From Candidatus Thorarchaeota archaeon (GTDB taxonomy: Archaea; Asgardarchaeota; Thorarchaeia; Thorarchaeales; Thorarchaeaceae): DNA of 13,795 nt. Below are positions 1-8,605 of this stretch, piece by piece; the stretch's first letter is position 1; every line of letters begins with the position of its first letter. The notes below the pieces were generated by a model. The model saw nothing but the letters and a program-made list of their open reading frames with translations. It did no database searches and was not told where the DNA came from. Location: positions 1-13,795 of the forward strand of contig JBHLQM010000074.1 in assembly GCA_048884785.1 (NCBI GenBank), given 5' to 3'. The translations under genes were made by a program, and so were the position numbers.

Positions 1-1613
1 AGCCCAAACCAAGTCCTCCACATTGGGAAATAATGAAGTGCCTCTGCTTTATCATCAAAGGTTGGAATGTAGTTGTGTACCATATCGAGGAAGATGAGCC
101 AAGCTTCGTCATGCTGTGGGCCTTTAAGGGTCAAGCCATATCCTCCCTGTTGTGCAAGGCTTTCTTTGGTTACATATTCTGAGTATTCGAGCCCCTTGTG
201 CTCCATCCCAATGTCTTGCATTACCTGCTTGTCAACACCAAACTTGTTACCAAAGTATCCTTTCAGATAGCGTACACCTTTTCCGAAATGCATCCCTCCA
301 AAGCCCTTGCCCTCGGCGATCTCATGAAGTACTGCCAGTGATGCCTCTGCGGCTCCCCATCTTAACGTGTGTCCTCCGGTCGCCTTCTCATCAATGTGTC
401 CTTCTTCAAACAGCTCCATGACAAAGCCCATAGTGGTGCCAAATGAGATTGTGTCGATGCCATATGCATCGCAGTAGAAGTTCAGCTCAGCTACTTGATA
501 TGGGTCGAAAATGCCAAGATTGGAGCCACATCCAGCAATGGTCTCATATTCCGGGCCATCAACAACTACGCTTTTCCCTTTGAATGCGCCAGTCTTTGGA
601 ACGAACCCTTCTATACAGTGACTGCAGTTAATTGCGCAGGGACGCCAGCATCCGTCCCAACCTTTGCCGGGATTTGTGAAGATCTTTTCCCAGACCTCTC
701 CAGAGAGATTCTTGGCGCTAGGGTCTCCACCAGTTCTGAAATTGCGAGTTGGCAGGAGGTCAAATTCATCCATGATTGAAGGAAGGTGGCCTGTTCCAAT
801 GACTCGCATCCTATTCTGCTTCTCATCTAACTCGAGAATCTCACCTGAGTGGTCTCTCCCCACTGCCTTGACTGCCTCAATATCAGCAGGACCATTGAGT
901 TCGAGTGTTATCTTCTCGACCTTGGAAATTAATGCCTTGATTCGCTTGTTCCTGAATACAGTGCCAATCCCTCCACGTCCTGCTTGTTTATACCTTGGTA
1001 TATTTCTACGCATGTCCCACCAGCTAAAATTCAAACAGCCCATCCAAGCATGTTCCGCACCTGGGCCAGCTGCGACAACTGATATATCCTTGCCATCCTT
1101 CTCCGTGTGCCGTTCACTGAGTACACGTGTTATCTCATAGGCAGTATCAGGAAGGCCCTTAGCATCAAAAATCTGAATCTTCCCGTTGTCTCCATCAATC
1201 AATATGTATACGTCTTCCTTTGCTTTGCCTTGAATCTCAAGTGCATCAAATCCACTGAATTTCAAGTTAGGACCAAAGTAGCCTCCAACATTGCTGTCGA
1301 TGGGAATTCCGGTCATAGGAGAGATGGTTGTGACAATTGATTTCCCAGCTCCTGGATATTGTGTCACTCCACCAAGAGGACCTGTTGCTATGCAGATTTC
1401 ATTCTCAGGATCATCCCATTTTACCACCCTGTCCTTTGGCAGTCCATTCCACATGAGCCAGAGGTCGAAACCCTTGCCTCCTGTGAAGGTATCCTTCATT
1501 CTCTGGTCAACAGGTTTAATCTTGATTTCATTAGTATTCAAATTGATATACAATGTCTGATTGGCGTAGCCACGCTCAATCTTTGGCACTTTATAGGCTA
1601 ACTCTTTCAACAT
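1..1613 (-). CDS. aor: Tungsten-dependent aldehyde:ferredoxin oxidoreductase family protein (3' end outside the window)
   Basis: Manual translation from ATG at 1613 (GGTG SD-like sequence just upstream, in-frame TAG at 1649-1647) is open to position 1 (~537 codons). It begins MLKELAYKVPKIERGYANQTLYINL and contains AOR motifs: GPLGG..PGAGKSIVTTISPMTG..DSNVGGYFG..LKFSGFDAL, QAGRGGIGTVFRNKRIKA, Fe-S cysteines CWRPCAINC, GPEYET and pterin-binding CDAYGIDTISFG. Absent from the ORF track, probably because it has no stop in the window. Confidence 0.95.
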   Translation of the reverse strand, partial: MLKELAYKVPKIERGYANQTLYINLNTNEIKIKPVDQRMKDTFTGGKGFDLWLMWNGLPKDRVVKWDDPENEICIATGPLGGVTQYPGAGKSIVTTISPMTGIPIDSNVGGYFGPNLKFSGFDALEIQGKAKEDVYILIDGDNGKIQIFDAKGLPDTAYEITRVLSERHTEKDGKDISVVAAGPGAEHAWMGCLNFSWWDMRRNIPRYKQAGRGGIGTVFRNKRIKALISKVEKITLELNGPADIEAVKAVGRDHSGEILELDEKQNRMRVIGTGHLPSIMDEFDLLPTRNFRTGGDPSAKNLSGEVWEKIFTNPGKGWDGCWRPCAINCSHCIEGFVPKTGAFKGKSVVVDGPEYETIAGCGSNLGIFDPYQVAELNFYCDAYGIDTISFGTTMGFVMELFEEGHIDEKATGGHTLRWGAAEASLAVLHEIAEGKGFGGMHFGKGVRYLKGYFGNKFGVDKQVMQDIGMEHKGLEYSEYVTKESLAQQGGYGLTLKGPQHDEAWLIFLDMVHNYIPTFDDKAEALHYFPMWRTWFG

Positions 1614-1735
1614 AGGAACACCACAGCATAATCGTAGATTGCCAATCTAGATGGCTGATTAATTCAATTGCCCTAGTCGCCTGCATTTGAGTCTTGTCGT
1701 TTCCGACATGCATCGTCATGCATAATGACACCAAT

Positions 1736-1752
1736 GGTATAAATTACTTCAT
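1736..1752 (-). promoter_or_regulatory. Candidate archaeal BRE/TATA promoter for aor
   Basis: Minus strand reads ATGAAGTAATTTATACC: a purine-rich stretch followed by TTTATA (1743-1738), about 125 bp upstream of the aor ATG. Confidence 0.4.
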
Positions 1753-1812
1753 ACTATTAGCATGCTGTACTGCTCGAACACCGAATTATTCATATGCTTC
1801 GCCATAAGTGTG

Positions 1813-1827
1813 GGCTATAATTAAATT
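1813..1827 (+). promoter_or_regulatory. Candidate TATA box for pckG
   Basis: TATAATTAAA about 55 bp upstream of the start codon; SD-like AGGTG at 1867-1871. Confidence 0.3.
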
Positions 1828-1876
1828 GAGGGCTTGGGGGCCTGGGAGGCCAATATAGTATCTAGTAGGTGTACAT

Positions 1877-3751
1877 TTGAACGAAACGATGCGCACACTT
1901 GAAACAGCGCTTACTGATGCCAATCTACGAAAGCTATTGGCTATCCCGAATAAGCATGTACACCAATTTGTGGCAGATGCCATTATGTTATGCAAGCCCA
2001 TGAAGGTATTCGTTTGCAATGACTCAGAGATAGATACCGAGTACATCAGGCGTACTGCAATTGCGAGAGGAGAAGAAACGCCTCTGGCAAATCCAAATCA
2101 CACAGTTCATTTTGATGGATATTGGGATCAAGCCCGAGATAAAGAGAGTACAGTATACCTTGTCCCAAAGGGTGATAGTCTCGGGGAACAATTGGCCCAG
2201 ATTGATAGAGATACAGGGCTTGCCACTGTCGACAAGTTGCTTGAAGGAAGTATGAACAACAAAAAGATGGTTGTTCGCTTTTTCTCACTCGGTCCGCTTG
2301 ATTCCGTATTCTCCATTCCCGTCGTCCAAATTACTGATTCCTTCTATGTGGCACATAGCGAGGATCTATTATACAGAAGGGGATACGAATACTTCAGACG
2401 ATTGCATGAGGATAGAGAGATTTTCCGAATGTTGCATTCATCAGGAAAACTGATGCACTCAGTTAGTATTGATTGGAAAAAACGTGGTGTCATGGTTGAT
2501 TATCTTGAGAACAAGGTATACAGCGTGAATACACAATATGCAGGAAACGCTATTGGTCTGAAGAAGCTTGCACTTCGACTTGCCATTCGAAAAGCTGACC
2601 GTGAAAGATGGCTTGCTGAACATATGTTTCTTATGGCAATTCACGGACCTGGTGGTCGAAAGACATACTTCACTGGCGCGTTCCCCTCAGGATGCGGCAA
2701 AACTAGCACATCAATGGTTCGAGGGAATACTATCGTTGGTGATGATCTTGCCTACATGCGTGTGATAGATGGTAAAGTGCGAGCAGTTAATGTTGAACGC
2801 GGCATCTTTGGAATAATCCGCTCTGTTACGGCAAAAGACGACCCTGTCATATGGGATGTTCTCCACTCAAAGCATCCAGTCATTTTCTCTAATGTATTGG
2901 TCACCGAAGATGCAGAGCCTCGCTGGTTAGATGATGGCTTGGAGGATCCTGAATCGGGCGTCAATCACTCTGGTGAGTGGTTTAAAGGAAAAATCGACCG
3001 AGATAAGGAAGAGATACCTTTTGCCCATAAGAATGCGCGTTATACTTTCAGTCTTGAGGGGTTGTCAAATCTTGATGAAGCACTTGAAGATCCCAGAGGT
3101 GTTGAAGTTGGTGGAATTCTATATGGGGGTCGTGATTCAGATACCTGGGTGCCTGTTCAGCAATCTCTAGATTGGGAGCATGGTGTCATTACAATGGGTG
3201 CATCTCTTGAATCAGAAACCACTGCTGCCACACTTGGTCCAAGTGGAATACGGAGGTTTCAGCCATTCTCAAATCTTGATTTTCTCTCTATACCATTGGG
3301 AAGATATGTAGGCAATCACCTCGACTTCATCAGAAATGTTGAATCACAGCCCAGCATTTTTGCCGTTAATTATTTTCTGAAGAACGAAGAAGGTCAATTC
3401 ATTACTGATAGAATGGATAAGCTCGTATGGTTGAAATGGATGGAGCTCAGAGTACATGAGGAAGTCAAGGCAATTAGGACCCCTACTGGCTATATTCCTC
3501 TCTACGCTGATTTGAATGATCTTTTTAAAACATATCTTGGCAAGGACTACTCACTTGATGATTACAATCTTCAGTTCATGACGCGAATACCTCAACTATT
3601 GGCAAAATTGGATCGCATCGAGAAGATCTACAAAGAAAGCGTTAATGATACACCAAAGAACATGCTTGAGGTGTTCAATTCACAAAGGAGTCGATTAATC
3701 GCCGCTGAGGAAAAGTTGGGTGAGTACATTCATCCTGATGCATTTATGTAA
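1877..3751 (+). CDS. pckG: Phosphoenolpyruvate carboxykinase (GTP-dependent)
   Basis: 624-aa ORF with YAGNAIGLKKLALR, WLAEHM, P-loop AFPSGCGKTS, VGDDLAYM, AVNVERGIFG, AHKNARYT and ILYGGRD motifs. TTG start after AGGTG; alternative ATG at 1889. Confidence 0.97.
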   Translation: MNETMRTLETALTDANLRKLLAIPNKHVHQFVADAIMLCKPMKVFVCNDSEIDTEYIRRTAIARGEETPLANPNHTVHFDGYWDQARDKESTVYLVPKGDSLGEQLAQIDRDTGLATVDKLLEGSMNNKKMVVRFFSLGPLDSVFSIPVVQITDSFYVAHSEDLLYRRGYEYFRRLHEDREIFRMLHSSGKLMHSVSIDWKKRGVMVDYLENKVYSVNTQYAGNAIGLKKLALRLAIRKADRERWLAEHMFLMAIHGPGGRKTYFTGAFPSGCGKTSTSMVRGNTIVGDDLAYMRVIDGKVRAVNVERGIFGIIRSVTAKDDPVIWDVLHSKHPVIFSNVLVTEDAEPRWLDDGLEDPESGVNHSGEWFKGKIDRDKEEIPFAHKNARYTFSLEGLSNLDEALEDPRGVEVGGILYGGRDSDTWVPVQQSLDWEHGVITMGASLESETTAATLGPSGIRRFQPFSNLDFLSIPLGRYVGNHLDFIRNVESQPSIFAVNYFLKNEEGQFITDRMDKLVWLKWMELRVHEEVKAIRTPTGYIPLYADLNDLFKTYLGKDYSLDDYNLQFMTRIPQLLAKLDRIEKIYKESVNDTPKNMLEVFNSQRSRLIAAEEKLGEYIHPDAFM

Positions 3752-4057
3752 TGTATGTTTTTCTCAAAAGGGATATCTAACCAATTTTCTAAAATCGTGT
3801 TAAATGTTTTCAGAGTGAAACCAATCTGATGAACTGCATTACAATGGAGAATAATATCGGTGGGTCCATAAGGCAAAACACACAAAAAGTAAGTGGATTC
3901 GAATTCTAACTATTATCTTGAAATCGATACAATTGAAATAGTAAATCTGTTTTGTTGGTAACTCTTTGTAAGAGAAAAATTCGTTCAAATTAGACAGTCC
4001 GAGAAAGAAATCGGAATGTGTTCATTTTGGAACACTTGTAGGTTTCGTTGTGTCTGA

Positions 4058-4080
4058 AATGAGAACTCATTATTCTCATT
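4058..4080. promoter_or_regulatory. Perfect inverted repeat, candidate transcription-factor operator
   Basis: AATGAGAA-N7-TTCTCATT, with a nested AATGAG-AA-CTCATT, about 20 bp upstream of a BRE/TATA-like element. Confidence 0.45.
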
Positions 4081-4100
4081 CATGTACGATTTTAAACTCT

Positions 4101-4114
4101 GAAACTTTAAGATA
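4101..4114 (+). promoter_or_regulatory. Candidate BRE/TATA promoter of the hdr-mvh/vhu operon
   Basis: GAAAC-TTTAAGATA resembles an archaeal BRE plus TATA box; it would put the transcription start near 4133-4137. Confidence 0.4.
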
Positions 4115-4393
4115 ACCACGGTCTCAGAAAGTATGGCCTACATAGACCTTTGGATTGGTCATGAACAATATCCTAGCCCAGCTACCTTCGATAATGCATT
4201 GATAATGTTTCAAAATGGGCCGGTGAGTAAGTGATGCTCGAGAAAATATCCGCCCCTTTCAACACCTGGATTTCTAGTGTGCGTCATCTTGAGTTTCTAG
4301 ACTACTCATTTCAGATAGGCAATCTTGCGTGGGGTACAATCACCAATCCTGAGGTTGAATTAATCGCTGGCTTATATCTATGGAGCCATCACA

Positions 4394-7189
4394 ATGACAG
4401 TTGATCAACCGACTCAAACAGTAACTGAACCTGAAAAACAGATTCCCAGCGCACTCGTGATAGGAGGCGGGGTTGCAGGTATGCAGGCGGCCCTTGATAT
4501 TGCAAATCAGGGCTTTTTGGTACACCTTGTGGAAAAGACCTCAAGCATCGGAGGAAGAATGGCCGCCATTGACAAGACATTCCCAACGTTGGACTGTTCT
4601 GCCTGTATCCTTACTCCACGACTAAGTGAGGTCGCAAGGCATCCAAATATTGAGCTACTCACATATTCAGAAGTCAAGCGAGTGACAGGAAAAGCCGGAA
4701 ACTTCCATGTAGAGGTTCTCCGAAAACCACGATATATTCACGAGGACAAGTGTTCTGGATGCGGTGATTGTGTAGCCGTATGTCCGATTGAAACTGCAAA
4801 CGAGTTTGACGAGGGTCTCGGATTCAGAAAAGCAACGTATGTCCCGTTTCCGCAAGCCACTCCAAATGCATACACCATTGACAAACGAGATCATCCCGCT
4901 TGTAGAATAAATTGTCCCGCAGAAGTGAATTGTCAGGCATTTGTAACTCTTCTCAACCAAGAGAGGTATGCTGATGCACTTCGTATTGTTCGAGATGCAA
5001 TTCCGTTTCCGGGGATATTAGGAAGAGTTTGCGTTGGCTGGTGTGAAGGCCAGTGTCAGCGCGGGGAGTATGATGGAAGTGTAAGCATTCGTAACCTTCA
5101 CAGGTACCTTTCAGATTGGGAAAAGGAACAAGGGACCAAGAAACCTGTTGTCGCCAATATTGACAAGAAAGAGAGAGTAGCTGTAGTTGGTGCAGGTCCT
5201 GGAGGAATCTCATGTGCCTATCAGCTCGCCAGAATGGGATACCCTGTTACGGTATTTGAGAAACGTTCTGAACTTGGCGGTCTGTTAAAATGGGCAATTC
5301 CGGAATATAGACTGCCTCGGGATATTCTTCAGGAAGAGATTGAATGGGTCGCAGAACATGGCGTGGAGTTCAGATCAAATGTACATATAGAATCTCTAAA
5401 GCAGCTGAAAAAACAAGGTTTCAAAGCCATCTTTTTGGCAACAGGAGCCTCAAAGAGCAACAAGCTATCGATACCCGGGGAAGATTCAAAGGGTGTCTAT
5501 CATGCGATTGATTTTCTTGACAGAGTTGCTTCGGGCGAAAAGGTAACCGTGGGAGAAAGAGTTGTTGTGATTGGCGGTGGCGACGCTGCCATTGACTCAG
5601 CAAGAACGGCTCTTCGCCTAGGTGCGTCAGAAGTCACAGTAGTCTATAGACGTGGACAGACGGAGATTCCAGCAATACCTTCTGAGGTTGAAGATTCCCG
5701 ACAGGAAGGTATCCGTCTAATGCTGCTTACAGCACCTGTTGAGGTATTAACTCAGAAAGGTGCAGTTCAAGGTGTAAAATGCATACGCATGAAGCTCGGA
5801 GCTCCTGACCACTCTGGAAGATGCCGTCCTGTTCCCATTGCAGATTCCGAATTTACTGTAGTTGCTGATCAGATGATAATTGCAGTGGGTCAGACCGTGG
5901 AGCCAATTCCCATACATGAAGATCTGGATACAACCGAATGGGGAACCCTTATGGTTGACCAGATAACACTTGAAACAAGTGAGAAGGGTGTTTTCGCAGG
6001 AGGAGATTGTGTCTTGGGTCCTGCCACAGTTGTACAGGCAATTGGGCATGGTAAGAAGGCTGCAATCTCAATTGATCGTTATCTCCGAGGAGAGGATATG
6101 GAAGCTGGACGCGAGCCGGAACACTATCGCATTGCAAAACCGGCTGTCAATCAAGCCCACTTTAAATTCCAGCCTCGAACTGAAATGCGAAAGGCAAGTA
6201 TCCGGAGCAGAAAAGGTGATTTCTCTGAGGTAGAACTCGGATTCTATCACGACATGGCTGTAGCAGAGGCCGGTCGATGTTTGAACTGCACTGTGTGCTG
6301 TGAATGTCTTGAGTGTGTCAAGGCATGTGAGCGGAATGCTATTGATCATAGTATGCGCGAAGAGAAGTTGCACCTTAATGTTGGAGCTATTGTGGTGGCT
6401 TCTGGATACAAGCTCTATGATGTGTCCAAATACCCACGCCTAGGATTTGGTAAGTTCCAGAACGTAATCACAGCAATGGAATATGAGAGGTTGATTAATG
6501 CTGCTGGTCCCACGCAAGGTCACTTGATACGATTCAGTGATGGCAGGATGCCAAAGAGCATAGGATTTGTGCAATGCGTTGGTGCACGTGATACACAGAA
6601 AGGTGTTCCAAACTGTTCTCGTGTCTGCTGCATGTATGGTATAAAGAACGCAGTGATGGCAAAGGAACATGACCCTGATGCAGAGGTCACAGTTTACTAT
6701 GCTGACATCAGAGCATTCGGAAAAGGCTTCGAAGAGTTTTATGAAATGGCACGAACACGATTCGGAGTCAATTTTGTTCGAGGCCGTGTCGCTGAAGTCG
6801 ACGAAGATCCGATGAACGACAACCTGCTCGTTCAGGTCGAGAATACAGCAGATGGGACATTAATGAATGTTGAACATGATCTTCTTGTATTGAGCCCAGG
6901 ACTCATACCAAACGACGATACAGCTTTCATGGCAGATGAGCTAGGTATAACCCTGGATGACGAGGGATACATCGATACACGAGATGAGCTAGTTTCGCCT
7001 GTTGACACAAACAGGGATGGCATCTTTGTGTGTGGCTGCACAGACGGCCCCAAGGATATTCCGGATAGCGTAACCGCCGGAAGTGCAGCGGCAATGCATG
7101 CATCCATCATATTGGTGGAAAAGGAAAATGAACGAGGTGGCGAACTGAATACAGGAGCTGCCAAGGAACGGGAGGTTTCAGTGAAATAA
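4394..7189 (+). CDS. hdrA: HdrA-like flavoprotein (HdrL-type) with an inserted GltD/NfnB-like NAD(P)H oxidoreductase module; lacks the HdrA N-terminal domain and C-terminal ferredoxin
   Basis: ALVIGGGVAG FAD motif, KTFPTLDCSACILTP, CSGCGDCVAVCP; insert with PACRINCP, PFPGILGRVC..CEGQC, VAVVGAGPGG, VVVIGGGDAAIDSARTALRLGA..YRR, GVFAGGD; then CCECLECVKAC, QCVGARD..CSRVCCMYGIK and GPKDIPDSV. Confidence 0.93.
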   Translation: MTVDQPTQTVTEPEKQIPSALVIGGGVAGMQAALDIANQGFLVHLVEKTSSIGGRMAAIDKTFPTLDCSACILTPRLSEVARHPNIELLTYSEVKRVTGKAGNFHVEVLRKPRYIHEDKCSGCGDCVAVCPIETANEFDEGLGFRKATYVPFPQATPNAYTIDKRDHPACRINCPAEVNCQAFVTLLNQERYADALRIVRDAIPFPGILGRVCVGWCEGQCQRGEYDGSVSIRNLHRYLSDWEKEQGTKKPVVANIDKKERVAVVGAGPGGISCAYQLARMGYPVTVFEKRSELGGLLKWAIPEYRLPRDILQEEIEWVAEHGVEFRSNVHIESLKQLKKQGFKAIFLATGASKSNKLSIPGEDSKGVYHAIDFLDRVASGEKVTVGERVVVIGGGDAAIDSARTALRLGASEVTVVYRRGQTEIPAIPSEVEDSRQEGIRLMLLTAPVEVLTQKGAVQGVKCIRMKLGAPDHSGRCRPVPIADSEFTVVADQMIIAVGQTVEPIPIHEDLDTTEWGTLMVDQITLETSEKGVFAGGDCVLGPATVVQAIGHGKKAAISIDRYLRGEDMEAGREPEHYRIAKPAVNQAHFKFQPRTEMRKASIRSRKGDFSEVELGFYHDMAVAEAGRCLNCTVCCECLECVKACERNAIDHSMREEKLHLNVGAIVVASGYKLYDVSKYPRLGFGKFQNVITAMEYERLINAAGPTQGHLIRFSDGRMPKSIGFVQCVGARDTQKGVPNCSRVCCMYGIKNAVMAKEHDPDAEVTVYYADIRAFGKGFEEFYEMARTRFGVNFVRGRVAEVDEDPMNDNLLVQVENTADGTLMNVEHDLLVLSPGLIPNDDTAFMADELGITLDDEGYIDTRDELVSPVDTNRDGIFVCGCTDGPKDIPDSVTAGSAAAMHASIILVEKENERGGELNTGAAKEREVSVK

Positions 7190-7205
7190 CTAGGAGTTGA
7201 AAGAA

Positions 7206-7730
7206 ATGGTTTTGGAAGAATCATCACAACCAAAAAGCCATACACCATCATCTCACTTTGCCAAGGAAATATCCGTCATTGAGGGTGGAGAGGCAATCAA
7301 CAAGTGTGTACAATGTGGCATTTGCACAGCAAGTTGTGTTGTGGCAAGGGCTACTGACATATATCGACCTAGAAGACTCATTCAGAAGATCATCCTCGGG
7401 AAGAGAGAGGAGGTTCTTCAGGACCCACAGTCTTGGTATTGCATGACGTGCAGGATGTGCGAAGAGCGATGTCAGGAAGGAGTCTCTCCTGCGGAAATTT
7501 TCCACGCAGTTAGGGTCGTTGCCGCGCGGGAAGGGCACATACCCAATGTGTTTAGGCAGACGGTTAAGACGGTTCTACAAGATGGATGGCTTCTCAAGGA
7601 TGCGTATTCTGACTTCACCCAAGATGAACGCGAGGATCTTGGTTTGAATCCTGACTTGCACATCAATACTGAGTTTGGAGAACGTTTGAGACATAGGTAC
7701 TTCAGCGATGAAGAGGAGGTGCACATCTAG
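7206..7730 (+). CDS. hdrC: Heterodisulfide reductase subunit C (2x[4Fe-4S])
   Basis: KCVQCGICTASC and WYCMTCRMCEERCQEGV motifs, PRRLIQKIILG. ATG at 7206 is preferred over TTG 7197 because the GGAG SD is at 7193-7196. Confidence 0.92.
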   Translation: MVLEESSQPKSHTPSSHFAKEISVIEGGEAINKCVQCGICTASCVVARATDIYRPRRLIQKIILGKREEVLQDPQSWYCMTCRMCEERCQEGVSPAEIFHAVRVVAAREGHIPNVFRQTVKTVLQDGWLLKDAYSDFTQDEREDLGLNPDLHINTEFGERLRHRYFSDEEEVHI

Positions 7731-8605
7731 TGGACCTAATTCTCTACAGAGGATGTACAACCCCTGTTCGACTACCTGCCTACGAGGCTGCAACAATTGC
7801 GGTTCTTGAGAAACTCGGTGTGCATATCTATGAGATGTCAGATGCCAATTGCTGCGGAGCCCAGTATGTTGAATCCATGGATAAGATGGCATTTGCTGCA
7901 ATGAGCGGCAGAATACTTGCTCTCGCTGAGAGAGAAGAGAAGGACATTCTCGCCCTTTGTGGTGCTTGCTCCGGCTCCCTCAAGACAACCAAGCATTTGC
8001 TCGATACTGATATCCGGGCAAGGGATGAGGTCAATTCTCTATTGGCAGAGGAGGGTCTAAAGTATACAGGGAAAGTGCGAGTAAAGCACTTGCTGCAGGT
8101 ACTCGCCGAAGATATCGGTTTTGACGCAATCGAGCGTGCAGTTGTAAACCCGTACAAAGATGTGAAACTTGCGGCGCATTATGGATGCCACGTAACCCGA
8201 CCCTATGAAATTGTACAGGTAGATGATCCTGAGAACCCGACAATCCTTGATCGCCTTGTTGAGGCAGCTGGTGCCACTGCTGTCGATTATCCAGGAAAGA
8301 CAAGATGCTGCGGCGGACCGATGCTCGCAATGGATGAGGAAGTAGCAGCTCGAATTGGACTAGACAAAATTGACAATATTCTGGACTCCGGGGCAAATGG
8401 TGTAGTCACAGCATGTGTCTTCTGCGACATCCAGCTGACTCAGGTACAGTTCGGATCACAAGCTGGGAAGAGAACGAAGATACCTATAATGCCTATACCC
8501 CAGTTTCTGGGCCCAGCACTCGGAATAGATGAAGACATTCTTGGTATTGAGCTGAATAAAATCGATCCTCATCAGGTGATAAGTTGCAGTGGGGTGAATC
8601 AATGA
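7730..8605 (+). CDS. hdrB: Heterodisulfide reductase subunit B (two CCG domains)
   Basis: YRGC..NCCG..CGAC and HYGCH..CCGG..CVFC motifs. GTG start overlaps the hdrC TAG; SD GGAGGTG at 7715-7721. Confidence 0.95.
   Translation: MDLILYRGCTTPVRLPAYEAATIAVLEKLGVHIYEMSDANCCGAQYVESMDKMAFAAMSGRILALAEREEKDILALCGACSGSLKTTKHLLDTDIRARDEVNSLLAEEGLKYTGKVRVKHLLQVLAEDIGFDAIERAVVNPYKDVKLAAHYGCHVTRPYEIVQVDDPENPTILDRLVEAAGATAVDYPGKTRCCGGPMLAMDEEVAARIGLDKIDNILDSGANGVVTACVFCDIQLTQVQFGSQAGKRTKIPIMPIPQFLGPALGIDEDILGIELNKIDPHQVISCSGVNQ

Noticed and set aside
73-1601. Plus-strand ORFs and the 611..826 minus ORF in the track
   Set aside because: Antisense or off-frame shadows of the continuous aor frame, with no recognisable motifs.
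3954-3962. GTT-N3-AAC (SurR-type short motif)
   Set aside because: A single 6-bp match in an AT-rich 640-bp region is expected by chance, and the long form is absent.
7170-7189. Strong SD (GGGAGGT) before GTG-AAA-TAA at the end of hdrA1
   Set aside because: It could be a relic of an earlier gene junction, but it is in frame with hdrA1 and cannot be distinguished from chance.
8584-8601. Track start codons TTG 7197, TTG 8584 and GTG 10814
   Set aside because: SD positions and stop/start overlaps favour ATG 7206, 8602 and 10820.
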